From Octopus bimaculoides (lineage: Eukaryota), in contig NC_068982.1 in NCBI RefSeq assembly GCF_001194135.2, forward strand, positions 144,593,632-144,657,631: DNA of 64,000 nt, in the 5' to 3' direction. Shown here in pieces: positions 23,178 to 36,900 of the stretch (position 1 is its first letter; each line of letters opens with the position of its first letter). Position numbers and translations under genes: made by a program. The notes beneath the pieces were generated by a model. The model was not told where the DNA came from. It saw nothing but the letters and a program-made list of their open reading frames with translations, and did not search any database.

Positions 23178-24660
23178 GATTTACAAAAATTTGGCTGGGG
23201 ATGCATACACACAAACATATTTACTTTCCTTTGTAATCTCATCAAAGAAGCATTGCATTTAGTTACACTGGCTTTGGTGAAATTTCTACTGCAAACTCTT
23301 GACTTCAGTTCTACTACTTACCCTTAATTTTCCTCTACGATGTTGGATATAGAATATTAATGAAGGTTATAGTACAGCTTACCATTACCATAAAACCATA
23401 GAAGAAAATACTTCAAGAAGGTATTTGCAATTCTCTCTGTTCAGAAATTTGAAGGCTATTGTCATTGATGCTAAATTATTGACTTTTTTTGTTAGTTGAC
23501 ATCCTGCACCAAATATTCATTTGTCCCCTTGCATTCGACACATAAATATATTCATTTTATGTGAGATTTCTTTGTTTAATTAAATTAGTAATAGCAGCAA
23601 AATTTCTTGTATCTTCTTCCAGACAATAAATATAATCACCATTACAAGTGTTGCCTTGTGCAGCCATAATGTTAAAATATTGTTATCATTATCACATCGT
23701 TTAATGTCCATTTTTCCATGCTGCCATGGGTTGAATGGTTCCACAGGAACCAACAAAGTTTGAAAGCTGCACTGAGTTTCAATGTCTGCTTTGACATAGG
23801 TTTCTAAAGCTGAATGCCCTTCCAAATGCCAACCACTTTACAAAGTGAACTGGGTGCTTTTTTTTGTGGCACCAGCACTCATGAGGTCACCAAGTACTTG
23901 CAAGACAAAATCTTTCTACTGAGCAGGGAGAGAGAGAGTGTACTTTTAAGGTACAAGGTGAATATGAGAGAGAGAATAGGGATAGAGGAACAAAAAGTAG
24001 GTGTGTAGATTACATTTAAAGAACGGATCTTTTCGGTTGCTGTAACAGATCTTGCATTTTTTTTTTTACAATTTTGTTCTTATTGTTATCAAATTTGAGA
24101 CACTGATTAGGTTTTGTGAGCTAATTATGAAAATGAAATTCATTTTTGTCATAAGTCACTCAATAAAGTTAATAGTTTGCAAATTTTGGGTAATTTTAGC
24201 CAATCAAAAGCCACCATTATACACGACTGTAAATCTCACATTGGTGTCTGTTTCCATAGTAACAAGCAAAGCTGTAGTTTAAAATTTTTATCAACCCAAC
24301 CACCACTACCACCACCACCACCACCAGTTTTGATGAGTGTTATCATTTTGTGCTTGTGTTATTTTGTCATTTTTTGATTGACAAGTATAACACAGAAAAT
24401 GCTAGTTTCTGATTCCTGTTTTCTGATTGTACTAAAAATTAATCAAAGTTGGAACCTCTGTAATATTTTTGTAAAGTTTTCCAAGGATTAATGAATCCAA
24501 AATTCAGATTTAATTTCTTCCATCCTATTCTTATTCTAGCTATTACGTACTCCGTGCATCCTCCCTGACTATTAATTTGGTCCCCTAGATAGCAGAAATT
24601 ACCTACTACATCTAATGAGCCATCAGGGTATTTGGCAAATATGAAGTTTATTCTTCGTAG

Positions 24661-24950
24661 TTGGTCCCTCTGTTGGGTTCACATGAGGGAGACTTTCTTT
24701 GTCCCATTCATTCTCTACATTCAGCAGTCTTGCATAATAACTTTTCCACACGTCTTTCTTGTCCACATCACTAAGTGCAAGCATGCCATTATCATTCCAA
24801 ATACACTTCTCTCCTACAATATCTCGATTCTCACTGACACACTGTCTAGCAATCTGGAACACTTCAAGTCTTTGATCTTCACACTATAGGACTTTGGCAA
24901 ACCCTTTCTTTTCTGCTTTGACCTAAGCTAGGTGATAATCTTTTTCGTCT
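24661..24950 (-). mobile_element. Internal RTE fragment (EN-RT linker)
   Basis: EVFQIARQCVSENRDIVGEKCI...WKSYYARLLNVENEWD...EGP, homologous to 11380-11545. Confidence 0.8.
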
Positions 24951-25648
24951 CAGTCCATAATTATTTCTAACCGAATTTCATATACTTTCTACATTAGATG
25001 TTCTAACACTAACTAAATTAATGGGGTTTTTGGGTTTTTCTTTTGTGTTGATGGCATCTCTGAGCAATTAATGTCACTAATTTTTTTCTTTAAAATATCT
25101 AATTTTTCACATTTACTTCTTTGGCAAATATGAAGTTTATTCTTCGTAGATGAAGGCTAATAAACATAAACATGACTGGAGTTGAATTTTCTGAAAAAAT
25201 CAAAATAATATTAGTCATTGAACTAATGTTATCGTTTCCTCATCACATTTTTGTTAGACTTTTTAACGACGACTGTAATATGAAAAAGTTTGAAAAATAA
25301 CTCTACAATATTCTAAGAGTTATTTCCCTTACACAATACTTTTAACTCGTCTCAAGTTTTTGCCCCAACAAGTGACAAATCTCAGTGCCTATTACATAAG
25401 TAAGAGTTTAAGCTGGAAATATACTGTTTTTTTTTTCTATTCAATCAATTGAACAAAATTACGAAGAGAAAATAATCTAAATGTGTTCCTAAGTAACAAT
25501 AGACTTCGTAGTATATCTAGTGATGGCCTTTTTTACATTCTAAATTCATGTCCTGTTGAGATCATTCTTGTAGAGTCGATAAAATATAGTATCATTGAAA
25601 TCTCTAGCCGTTTACCGATGTAGGAAATTATCATCATCATTATTGTTA

Positions 25649-26551
25649 AGAAGGTGGTGAACTGGCAGAGTTGTTAGCATGCTGGACGAAATGCTTAGCA
25701 GTATTTCATCTATTTTTGTGTTCTAAGTTCAAATTCCATCGAGGTTGACTTTGCCTTTCGTTCTTTCGGGGTCGATAAATTAAGTACCAGTGAAACACTG
25801 GGGCAGATGAAATCGACTAGCACCCTCCCACAAAATTTCAGGATTTATAACTATAGTAGGAAGGATTATTAAAGGCTTATTATTATTTTTTAGGGGGCAA
25901 GCTGGCAGAATCGTTAGCCCACCGGACGAAATGCTTAGTGATATTTCGTCTGCCGCAATGTTTTGAGTTCAAATTCTGCTGAGGTCGACTTTGCCTTTCA
26001 TCCTTTCAGGGTTGGTAAAATAAGTACCAGTTCAGTAATGGAGGCAATGTAATCGATTATACCCTTCCCTCAAATTTCAGGCCTTGTGCCTATAGTAGAG
26101 AGGATTATTATTAAGAAGGTGGTGAGCTGACAAAGTTGTTAGCATGTTGGACGAAATGCTTAGTGATATTTTGCTCATCACTACGTTCTGAGTTCAAATT
26201 CTGCCGTGGTCAACTTTGCTTTTCATCCCTTTGGGGTCAATAAATTAAGTACCAGTGAAACACTGGGGTCAATGTAATTGACTAGTCCCCTCCCCCAAAA
26301 TTTCAGGCCTTGTGACTATAGTAGAAAGGATTATTATTATTATTAGAGTGGTGAGTTGGCAGAATCGTTAGCACGCCGGACAAAATGCTTAGTGATATTT
26401 CATCTCCTGCTATGTTCTGAGTTCAAATTCTGCCAGTGTCGACTTAGCCTTTCATCCTTTCAGGGTTGATTAAATGAGTACCAGTTACACAATGGGGTCG
26501 ATGTAATTGACAAGCCCCCTTCCCTGCCAAAATTTACAAGGCCTTGTGTCT
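25649..26551 (+). mobile_element. Head-to-tail array of four tRNA-derived SINE family A copies (Meta-domain-like)
   Basis: Copies start at about 25649, 25892, 26113 and 26345, each with GAGTTCAAATTC (B box), GCCTTTCATCCTTTCGGGGTCGATAAA.TAAGTACCAG and a GGATTATTA tail. Confidence 0.88.
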
Positions 26552-29500
26552 AGTGCGATGGACTTCTTTCAGTTTTGTTTACTCACAAGACTTTGGTTGG
26601 CCCGAGGCTATATAAGGTGCCATGCAGTGGGACTGAACCTGGAACCATGTGGTTGAGGAGCAATAATAATAATGGCTTCAAATTTTGGCACAAAGCCAGC
26701 AATTTCGGGGGGAGGGGTAAGTCAATTACATTGATCCCAGTGCTCTACTGGTACTTATGTGGCCTGTTTAAATGCTAAAGGGTTTAAAAAAAAACACCCC
26801 TCATCACCTCATAATGTAGTACAGAAGGGTGTGTGTTGAATTTTAGAGGATTTTGAGATTATTTTGGATGTATATTTTATTTAGAAATTATTAACATATG
26901 GACATGGTAGGCAAAATATATCTATAGAGCTTGAAGTCAGTATATCTACCTTATTCCCAGCCATCTCAGACTTCTTGTCTAAGCTTCTTCTCCCTAACTA
27001 CATAATGAGAACAACCTTTGTGCACAGTCATGCTATACTACAACCACCATGGACTCCCTAAACTAAATCTTCTTACCTCAACATGATGATGACGACAATC
27101 TTTATTCACATCAGCATCCTTAGACTGACACTGTGAATGTCTTGGCAACATTATTTGAAAGACATGCCTTTTCAGAAATAGAGAAGACCCCCCCCCAAGT
27201 CAAGACTATGTAGATTTGACACTTTAGTCTAGTTGTAGGTAACTATTCTAGTACTTGCCGCATGATCAATCCAGTCCATGCAGTAAAGCAGGGGGTCTCT
27301 AGTCAAAAAAGACATCTACAACAATAATTGATAACAGACACAACAGGTAAGACTGTCCAAACATGCTCGCATAGAAAAATAAACAAAAAGACAAAAACAT
27401 TAAATAAACTTCATATTTATTATCAAAAATACAATAAAATTTTGTTTTGGGGATACAGGGGTTCAATTTAAACAGTACATTTCATTTCAAGAACCCATTT
27501 TCTCATTACCAAGGTAATGGGATGATGATGGGATAGTAAATGAGAATTTTTTTCATTTCTTATTTATTTTAATAAGCAAATGCTTTCTTTATTTTTAATA
27601 TTTTTTTTTACATTTACATTTTGATATCGTATATAAAATTTCATCTCTGTAATACTTTCCCATGTAATCCAGGAAGAATCATTGTCAACAATTGAAAATA
27701 ACTATATAAATATTTCTGCTATTAAAGACATAAAAATAATTTTTTTTTTTTGTATAACTTTATCATTTCCTACTATTTTCTAACTTTTTTTTTTGTATAG
27801 ACAACTTTTGCAGTGTCTTAATAGTTAGGTAGATTAACAAAAAAAAAAAAAAGGGTTTTATCCTTTGAGACTGTGTTGAAGTTAAAACANNNNNNNNNNC
27901 CTTTGCTAATAATTCAGTTTAAGCAGACCTTAATTACCAGTTTATTTTTTTGCAATGAAACTGTGCAAATAGTAATTATCATAATAAATATTATTTACAC
28001 AATTTTAGGCCTAAAATTTTCAGGGAAGGGGTTAGTTGATATGTACGCATACATACATATAAAGAACAAAAATATACAATTTAGGATTTCTGAGATGATA
28101 TTTTGAAGTAGGTAGTTGCATACCATCTCCATATAGGCACACCCAACTCTTCTCCTCTCATAATCTACACTGATTCCCATCTCAGTCTTTGCACCAACAG
28201 TTTTACCAAACCCTCTAAAATTTCTTCTTTCTTCTACAGATACTGACATGCTGTTTGGTGTATTGCTAAAGGAGTAGTTCCCTTGTAAGCTTGTCAGTCA
28301 CACAACTTCAGGTGTGGATAGAAGCACTGGTCCCCTACTACTACACAGGTTTCATTTATGGCTCTCAGAAGTGTGTGGTATACACTCTGCCATACCATGG
28401 TACCTCACATCAGCTACTGATCAAAGCTAAGTTGAGGGTATCAGTAATCTCATAAGGATAGTTATATAGGGGACACCACCCCTTAGCTGCATGAAGATTG
28501 AGATGGCAGATGGGGCAGAAGAACTAAATAGGATTAATGACTGAGAAGGCATAATAGCAAAAGGAATGGTGGATTCAGAGTACTCTTTCAATTGAATAAA
28601 AACTTGTGGCCATCCTCCATTGAAGCGATTGGAACCCCACCATGTACATAATTGCACCTGTAGTAAATCATGGATCTTGGATTACTCAAATGGAAATCCT
28701 TGACCTACAGAAAGAAGATAATACCTAAGAATAGAAAACAAAAATTGATTTAAGGTGTCCAAACTAAACCTCATCAATCTCATCAGCTTTGGTTTTTAAG
28801 GGTCTGCAAAGGATATGAACACTGACATCCTTCTTCCTTATTTATGCAAAAAAGAAAAAAGAAATATAATTTTCATATTTTCTAAAAAAAAAAAGTGTTT
28901 TTAATTTCTAGTTTAATTTCATGATTAATTCTCTAAAAACATGCAAAATTTATAAAATTGTAAACAAATTTTGATTTCAAATCAGCATTTAAAAAATAAA
29001 GTTTAACCCTAACCATTTTTTAAAAAACTTTGCATCAACATAGAATCATGGTTAGAATTATAACNNNNNNNNNNNNNNNNNNNNNNNNNNNNNNNNNNNN
29101 NNNNNNNNNNNNNNNNNNNNNNNNNNNNNNNNNNNNNNNNNNNNNNNNNNNNNNNNNNNNNNNNNNNNNNNNNNNNNNNNNNNNNNNNNNNNNNNNNNNN
29201 NNNNNNNNNNNNNNNNNNNNNNNNNNNNNNNNNNNNNNNNNNNNNNNNNNNNNNNNNNNNNNNNNNNNNNNNNNNNNNNNNNNNNNNNNNNNNNNNNNNN
29301 NNNNNNNNNNNNNNNNNNNNNNNNNNNNNNNNNNNNNNNNNNNNNNNNNNNNNNNNNNNAGGGATTTTCATCGATGAGTTCATGAACCTTGGTTCTTTTT
29401 CCTAAAACTATATATATATATACACATATAAAAAAAAAACTCAACAACAAATAATTTTGTTAGCCTTCCTCATATTCATAGCAACCAAGAAAAACAAGCA

Positions 29501-29973
29501 CAACGAATCAGTGAGGGAGCTTCTTTACAGTTGCTTCATCTGAGCAAACCATTCAACAACACAATTCATGGTGAAAATATTTACAAAAAAACAAAGAAAA
29601 AAAGAAAAAGTTCTAAAATTCATTTGTTAACTGAGAGACCTTTGGAAAATTTCTTTTCATGTAATAATGTTAAAAAAAAAAAAAATTATTATTATTAGAA
29701 ACATTCTTCATTGAAGTCATGAAGAGAAGCATAATGATTCTCCAAATGGAGAATTGGAACTAGGCAAGTAAACCTACATTTGTATCTGTTTTAACAGCTC
29801 ATCTTTTGATATTGGATTCAGTGAGATGTTATTACTTTATCTTTTAATGTCTAAATTATATTACATTTGAATGATGTCTCTCACAATGAATCAAGTCTAT
29901 CAGCTTTTAACAATAATGATAATAATGATGATGTTAATGATGATGATGTGGGCGATGAGTATTTATATATGTA

Positions 29974-30312
29974 TATAAGGTGGTATCAAGAAGTTTCCGG
30001 ATTAGTTCTGTAGCATGCCAACAGATGGCAGCACATGGTTGCATGTGCAGTAAGCGCTAGCAGTGACCTCCAAGAGTCAGTGTGCTGAGTGACATCACTG
30101 TGTTTATTTTGCGAATTGTGGAATTTATTTTTGTGATCACGTTTATGGTATAGTCTGTGATTTTTGTCATGGACAGGAAGTTGGAACAAAGAATCAATAT
30201 GAAATTTTGTGTTAAACTTGGAAAGTCTGCAACGGAGACATTGAACATGCTTCAGTAAGCTTACGGTGTCAAGGCAATGAGTTGTACACAATATTTCGAA
30301 TGGTACAGGTGC
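29974..30312 (+). mobile_element. Mariner 5' end with transposase HTH start, interrupted by an RTE tail
   Basis: TIR-like TATAAGGTGGTATCAAGAAGTTTCCGG; ATG 30169 MDRKLEQRINMKFCVKLGKSATETLNMLQ*AYG..AMS..Q.FEW. Confidence 0.85.
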
Positions 30313-30680
30313 GTGATTGTTACCAGCATCACCATCCTGGCATTTGTTACCAGCATCACCTGGCAGGCACGTGGAAAAACATTCGAGCGAGATCGTTGCC
30401 AGTGCCGCTGGACTGGCTCCTGTGCAGGTGGCATATAAAATACACCATTTTGAGCATGGCCGTTGCCAGTACTGCCTGACTGGCCTTCGTGCTGGTGGCA
30501 CGTAAAAGCACCCACTATACTCTCAGAGTGGTTGGCGTTAGGAAGGGCATCCAGCTGTAGAAACTCTGCCAAATCAGATTGGAGCCTGGTGTAGCCATCT
30601 GGTTTGCCAGTCCTCAGTCAAATCGTCCAACCCATGCTAGCATGGAAAGCGGACGTTAAACGATGATGATGATGATGATG
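30313..30680 (+). mobile_element. RTE 3'UTR copy
   Basis: Units, tail and (GAT)n. Confidence 0.85.
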
Positions 30681-33600
30681 AAGTCCTGGAAGTTTTTGAC
30701 GCTGTTTTGATAAAGAAAATTTTCTTTCGGATGATAGCAGCTGGTAACAAATCTCTAAAGGCCTATTTTGTTTTTGCATTTTTTTTTTTGCAATACCATG
30801 AAAATCAATTATTAGAACTGAAAGAGAGGAGAAATGGAAAGGTATGACCTTCATGTGTTTATCAAGGGTATATCAAATTGTTTTCTTATTTCTTACATAT
30901 GTCATCTGTAACAATCTAGTCATAATTTCATTTACCCCATGACTCCAGTTAATGACACAGCATGTGAATTCAAACAATTAGTTGAAATGAATAAAACAAC
31001 AAGAGACAACAACAATTTCTAACAATGGTGCCAGGTGACACATTTGTGGGAGAGCACTCTGTTGACTCAACCAGTCCCACCACTACTTGTATTAATTTTC
31101 ACTAACCTGGAAAGATAAAAAGTCAAATCACCCTTGGTATGATTTGAACTCAAATTGCATAAGGGCAATACTGAATAATACTGGAAGGTATTTTGTCCAT
31201 AGTACAACAGATTCTATCAATCAGGATTTCTAGATTGTCACAAATTCACCAAATTTTATTGAAGGGGTGAAGTAGTGGACAGAATTGACACTCAGTTCTT
31301 GATGGTATTTATTTCAACCCCAGAAGAATAAATGCTTTAGTGAGATTTGAACATGGAAACATAACTTAATATGGAAAGTTAGTTTTTTCTGGTGTTCCAC
31401 CAAGCCTACTAACCATCAATCTCCTCATATGAATTCTTTTTTCTACAATGAGTAATAATAATTAAGGAGACAAAAAAAGAAAAAGGGTAAGGGATATTAA
31501 AGGGAAAGAACTCTATTTCGACGAACCAATACAAAATAGACGAGTCTGCTGTTACTTAATCTGCAAGAAATAACAGGTATATTTCTCTCAAATCATACCC
31601 TACTGTATTGCAAAATACTTGGGATAAATTTGTCCTTGAAACATGGAACTTGGGGTAGGGAAGGAAAACGGTTCGTCACTGATGGAACGCTTTTGATCAT
31701 AGGTCTGTTGTTCAATATACATGTAACAACTTAATATCATTATGACATCCTTTGGTTTTACACAGAGTAGTAGTGGAGGTGATAGTATTAATTAGACTAA
31801 TGACATTGGTAGTGGTGATAGTGATGATGGTAGCAGTGGTTATAAAGGAGTGATGGTTATGATGGTGGTGCTTATAGTGATGATGTATATGTTGGAGTTG
31901 AGAAATAGTTTATATTCACTTTGTTGAAGGATCGGATAATTCGCAAGGAAGAAAAAAATCATTGAGTGTCAGTTAATGTCCAAAAGATCAAAATTTAAGT
32001 AAAATATATTTTTCAAAACACTGTATCACACTTTAAACTTTAAAACATTTAAAAGTTTTTCCACTCATATTGATAACTTTTGTCAAGGCAGTGGGAACAT
32101 AAATCGGTTGAAGTGAGCCAACTATAGTCTGTAGATCTTTACTCCTTGGTCAGTCAAGGAGATTGACAGCTCTCTCATGTTATGTCTTTTTCACATTCAA
32201 GCATTAAAAAAACCCCGAAAGCAACTTTACTTTTACTCATAGAGGCTAAACTGCATTATTATGACTGATTATTACCAGGGATCTAAAAGCAGGAATCCAA
32301 AGACTGAAAGGCATATGCGATTGTCAGGATTTGAACAAAGAACAGTTATGGTCAAAAATCCAGTCTGGCATTCTGCTAGCTTGACTGTTTCTATCACATT
32401 ACTATATTAAAGCAGAAAGACAATTATGTTATAAGTAGAAACTAAAACATCTTCATCACCTTATTATATTAAGATAAAAAAGGCACTTATGTTATATAGA
32501 GAAATAGTTAACTGAATAAAGACAGTTATAATTTTTGCTAACACAGTTTAACAAACAACTTTCCTTCATATTACTTTGTCATCAAAATCCTTCATGAGGA
32601 ACAATGTTTAAGTCCAGTTTCATTGCAAGATAAAAATGCCAGGCTGTCATACATAACATTCCAAAAAGAATCTAATTATTCTTGACAATATTTCAAGTGC
32701 ATAGAATTAGAAATCATTTCAGTTATAAAACAAAATAACTGCAGTGGGTTTGAATTCAAGACATGTGACCTGGTGGTAAAACAAGCAACCAATTTGTTTA
32801 GAAAGCAGATTTGATTAAAAAAATAAAAAATAAAAAAGTGGGGGGTACGAAGGAATAAAATCCTCTTTTAAATACACAAACATTACATATCATAGCTGTC
32901 CCATTTATGTCTCAGTTATCTTAAACTATTCAGATCATGGATGTACTGCTCTGATGAACAAATCATATAATTTGGTTCTTTTTAGAAAATGACAGAAGGC
33001 AAATTTTACCACAAGCAAGATTTGAACTTGGTACCATGAGTTATTTGACTATGTTTTAAATCTCTTCTAATTTTTCTTTGTAATCCTGCCACTGAGAAAG
33101 TAGCTACTGAGAAACAGAGCACCTGATGAATCAGTCCTTCCTCTTTGTATCACCTTCTACTGTATCTCACTTTCTAGATCATGTAACAAACAATTTGCCT
33201 ATTACTTATCTTCCCAGAACTGCAGCCCTCTGAAACTCTCTATAGATATCAATCTACAGAAGTTAAAGCTGGGTGTCTACATTTCTAGTCTAGGTGGGTG
33301 GATATACAAAAACTATGGTCATAGAAAACCCTCTTTCTTCCCAGTCTAAATAAAAAAAAAGAACATTCACACGCAAACAAATATTCATGCACATACCTAC
33401 AACACACACACACACACACACTTCAGATCTTGTGGGAAGAAAATAAGATCAGTAGATGTGGTCGACATTACTAATACACACATACTCTCTCTCTCTCACA
33501 CACACACATACATTGTTGAAAAGGATCCTAGATGATAATTTGTAAGGGAACAAATTTCATAGAATCTCTATTCAGGGATGTATATTTAAGAGCCATTCAA

Positions 33601-33773
33601 TAATTAAAACCACCAAATTTTTTATGTTCGTTAAAAAACCCCCCAAAATACTGCTTGGTTAAAATAATATCAAAAGGCATTTTACTGTCCTTGAGGGGAA
33701 AAAATAAGGGTTTATGACTTCAGAAGATCACATGTTCTGGTTGAGAGTTATATTTTGATTGTCTTAGTTCCAA

Positions 33774-33960
33774 TCATACAACTGTTGGTTTGATGTTGTT
33801 ATTCAAAGCAAAATTTACATTCTCATAGCACATTATTTGACTGATGGCAATGTCTCCATGTTTTTCAATTTGACTTAATTCAGTAAGTTCTTCTACTATA
33901 GTTGCAAAATCAGGCCTTAAGTTTTGGTCTACCTGCCAGCACCGTAACATGATTTCATAC
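33774..33960 (-). CDS. MET: MET-like terminal coding exon
   Basis: TTTCAG acceptor; [18 protein letters not shown]...[18 protein letters not shown] followed by TGA. Confidence 0.94.
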
Positions 33961-36900
33961 CTGAAAAGAAAGGTGAAAAAATGTACACACACACACATAT
34001 ATATATACACACATATATCTATATCTGTATATATAATATATATAAGTTAAAATTTAAAATTTATGTGTTGAGCATGTGCCTAGTAGTATGATTACTAAGA
34101 ACATGCTCTAGTGAATCTGAACAAATGAAACGCTATTTATGTAAACAAAGTACGTTATTATTGCATCACCTGATGAGATACTTCTGCACTGTAGGATGCA
34201 CCAAAATTAATTGTATAGTTTCCCACCCATGAGAGAGTGATGCAGGATGTGTTGAAATGGTTGTTGTGATGAATAAAGTTTCCTGTATATTCCATTTTCT
34301 TTCTGGTGTCAGCTAGAGGAAATGCACTTTCACCCAGGTCAGTAACCTCTCTTGGTGCAGACCCACTGTCTTTTCAGATCAAAGAATGCCTATGATAGAC
34401 AATAACACTGTTGCTACCTCTGCTGTGTGTGTGCATGTCTGTCTCCCTGTCTGTCCATCTCTCCATTTATCTATCTGTGTGTGTATAAATTTTACCATGC
34501 AATAGTAAGCTAAACACACACACACACACAGATAGACCATGGAACAGTAATATATGTATAACAGGTTATATGGATTAATAAATCCATGCAGATACCTAGA
34601 AAGCACTTAGTTGTTCACACACACAAACACGCATGCACAAAAACAAAATTTGAACATTAAATACAGCATATTACTCAGTTTTTACTTACGTTTTACTAGG
34701 ACAATAGTCTGGTTTGTCCATTCTGCGGCCAGATTTTAAGAACTTGGGCATGTCCCAATTATCAACAGTTGGATAGGGGTTTACTCCTCGGGTGAACAAC
34801 TCCCACAAAACTACACCATATGACCACTGAAATAGAGATTATATGCATATAATTAAATCTCATATAAGTGTAGATGTGTGATGAAAGATGAAAGAAGAGA
34901 AAATAAATCATATTTAATATTTTGACATTAATATTGGTAAAAAGGAACAAAACTGTCTATACAAATGCTGACTGAAAAGTTAATAGGTTGACCAAGATAC
35001 TCTCATGGAACGTGACCAACTGATGTTTGTTTTTCAATATAGCCCCACTTGTGGTCCACACATTTCTTCTATTGGTGCTGCAGTGCTTAGATCCCATTGG
35101 TGAAGAAGCTTTCATCCTGTTGCTCAAAAAAGTCATCAGCAACAGATATGACATTATCATCACTCTGATACTGGTTCCCAGCCAAGTATTTTTTCAGATT
35201 GGGAAACAGATGATAGATGGAGCCAAATCAAGAGAATAGGGAAGGTGAGCAACCAGTTCAAAACCACAGTCATGCATAGTAACTATCAAACCCAAAGGCT
35301 TGTATACTGGAGCATTCTCCTGATGAAACAGAACCCCTTTCATCAGTTTCCTGAACATTTGGTCTTGATAGCCTTTTGTAACTGCCACATTGATGGTGTG
35401 GCTCTTTTGAAGATGCCTTTTGCATCCTAAAAAACTGAGGTCATCACCTTCCCTGCAGATGAAATGACCTTGGAGTAGGTGATGAGGGGTGTTTCCACAG
35501 CATGGATTGTCCCTTTGTCTCTGACTCAAAGTGATGAACACTCATTCTGGGTTAGGAAATGTTCAAGAAAACCGGCTGGATCTGCCTCAGACAATGTCAG
35601 ATTTTCCTGTGGTGTGATCAGCCTGGTGCACTTTTGATCAGGTGTCAGAAAACATGGGACCCATCAAGTAAAAACCTTTGTCATGCCATGTTCATCGGGC
35701 AGAATATTCTCAACTCTTTCACGGGATATGCTAATAGCATTGACTATTGGATTTATTGTCAATTGCCTGTCATTCATCACCATGTGGTGAACATGATCAA
35801 TGTTTTCCTTGGTGGTGGTAGTTACAGGACATCCAGACCTTGGGTCATCTTCAAGACTGCCTTTCTTCTCCTAATTTCAGCTACCCACTTTTGCACTATT
35901 GAAAAGCTGGAGCATCATCCCCTAAAGTAGCAACCATGTCAGCATGAATGCTGTTGGGGGCTAAACTTTTTTTTCTCCAGGTACTAGATAACACTACAAT
36001 GCCAAATTTTGTTCATTTTCAAGAAAAGTTGCTACTAGTTACTTTTGAAGTTTTTTTGAACAGACAGACATCAGTTTATTTGGAAAGATACAATGTAGTT
36101 ATTAATAAAAAGAACTGAAATTAATGCATGCAAGATTTCACAGTTCTTGCATCACACTTTCATAATCAGTCTATGAACTTTTCAGCCCACCTTCTTAAGT
36201 AAGAGGGTGCTTTGTTTAGCATTTTGTACTGGCATGAATTCAGTTATCAATTATTACACTGTGAAACCAAAATTTTTTTTCTTTTTGTCTTTGGTCAGTG
36301 TTATTTCCTATCTGCTTCTATCTAGAAATCAAAGAAAATGACCACTATTCCCTTCAAACTTTGCTTTTGTGACTTGGACATCAATGTTTTGAAACTGACC
36401 TATTTTCCATTACATTTCAGGCAGAATCAGTTCTGAGTTGCTGAAGCAGAAATACTGTTGTAGCAAATATTCTGCTCAATACCACAGATTTGCTTGTCAG
36501 TTGCTTGACCATAATCACTTGAGCATGTCTCTTACTGGTCAACAATATGTGCATCTCTGATCATGAGTGAAAGTAGTGGGAGAGCATTATAACCATGTGT
36601 TGAGAGGGATTCTTTGGGGTTTGAATAGATATAACAAAAGCAAATTTTGAGGCAAATATTAGTCATTTTTTCATACTTTCTAGGGGTAAGCAAATGGGAA
36701 ATAACAGTTAATTGTAGCTTTGAGGTTTTTATATGTGACTGCTTACTTTTAGAATGACATTGGAGGGTAGGTATGAGAGAGATTTGGTCAGTTTGAAAAT
36801 AAAACCGGTAGAATATTTTAGGCTAGTTTAAATGCTAATGGGTTAATTTAGTGAGCCTCAAAATCATGTAATATTTATTGATTTATTACCCTGAAAGATC

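Noticed and set aside
28100-28660. ORFs 27995-28249 and 28427-28657 as genes
   Set aside because: No recognisable product; the region looks like a heavily decayed RTE endonuclease fragment, too degenerate to call confidently.
11735-29450. Long ORFs containing X runs (for example 11735-12577, 16637-17155, 17647-18018, 19839-20273, 29009-29450)
   Set aside because: They are artefacts of translating N gaps and flanking (TA)n.
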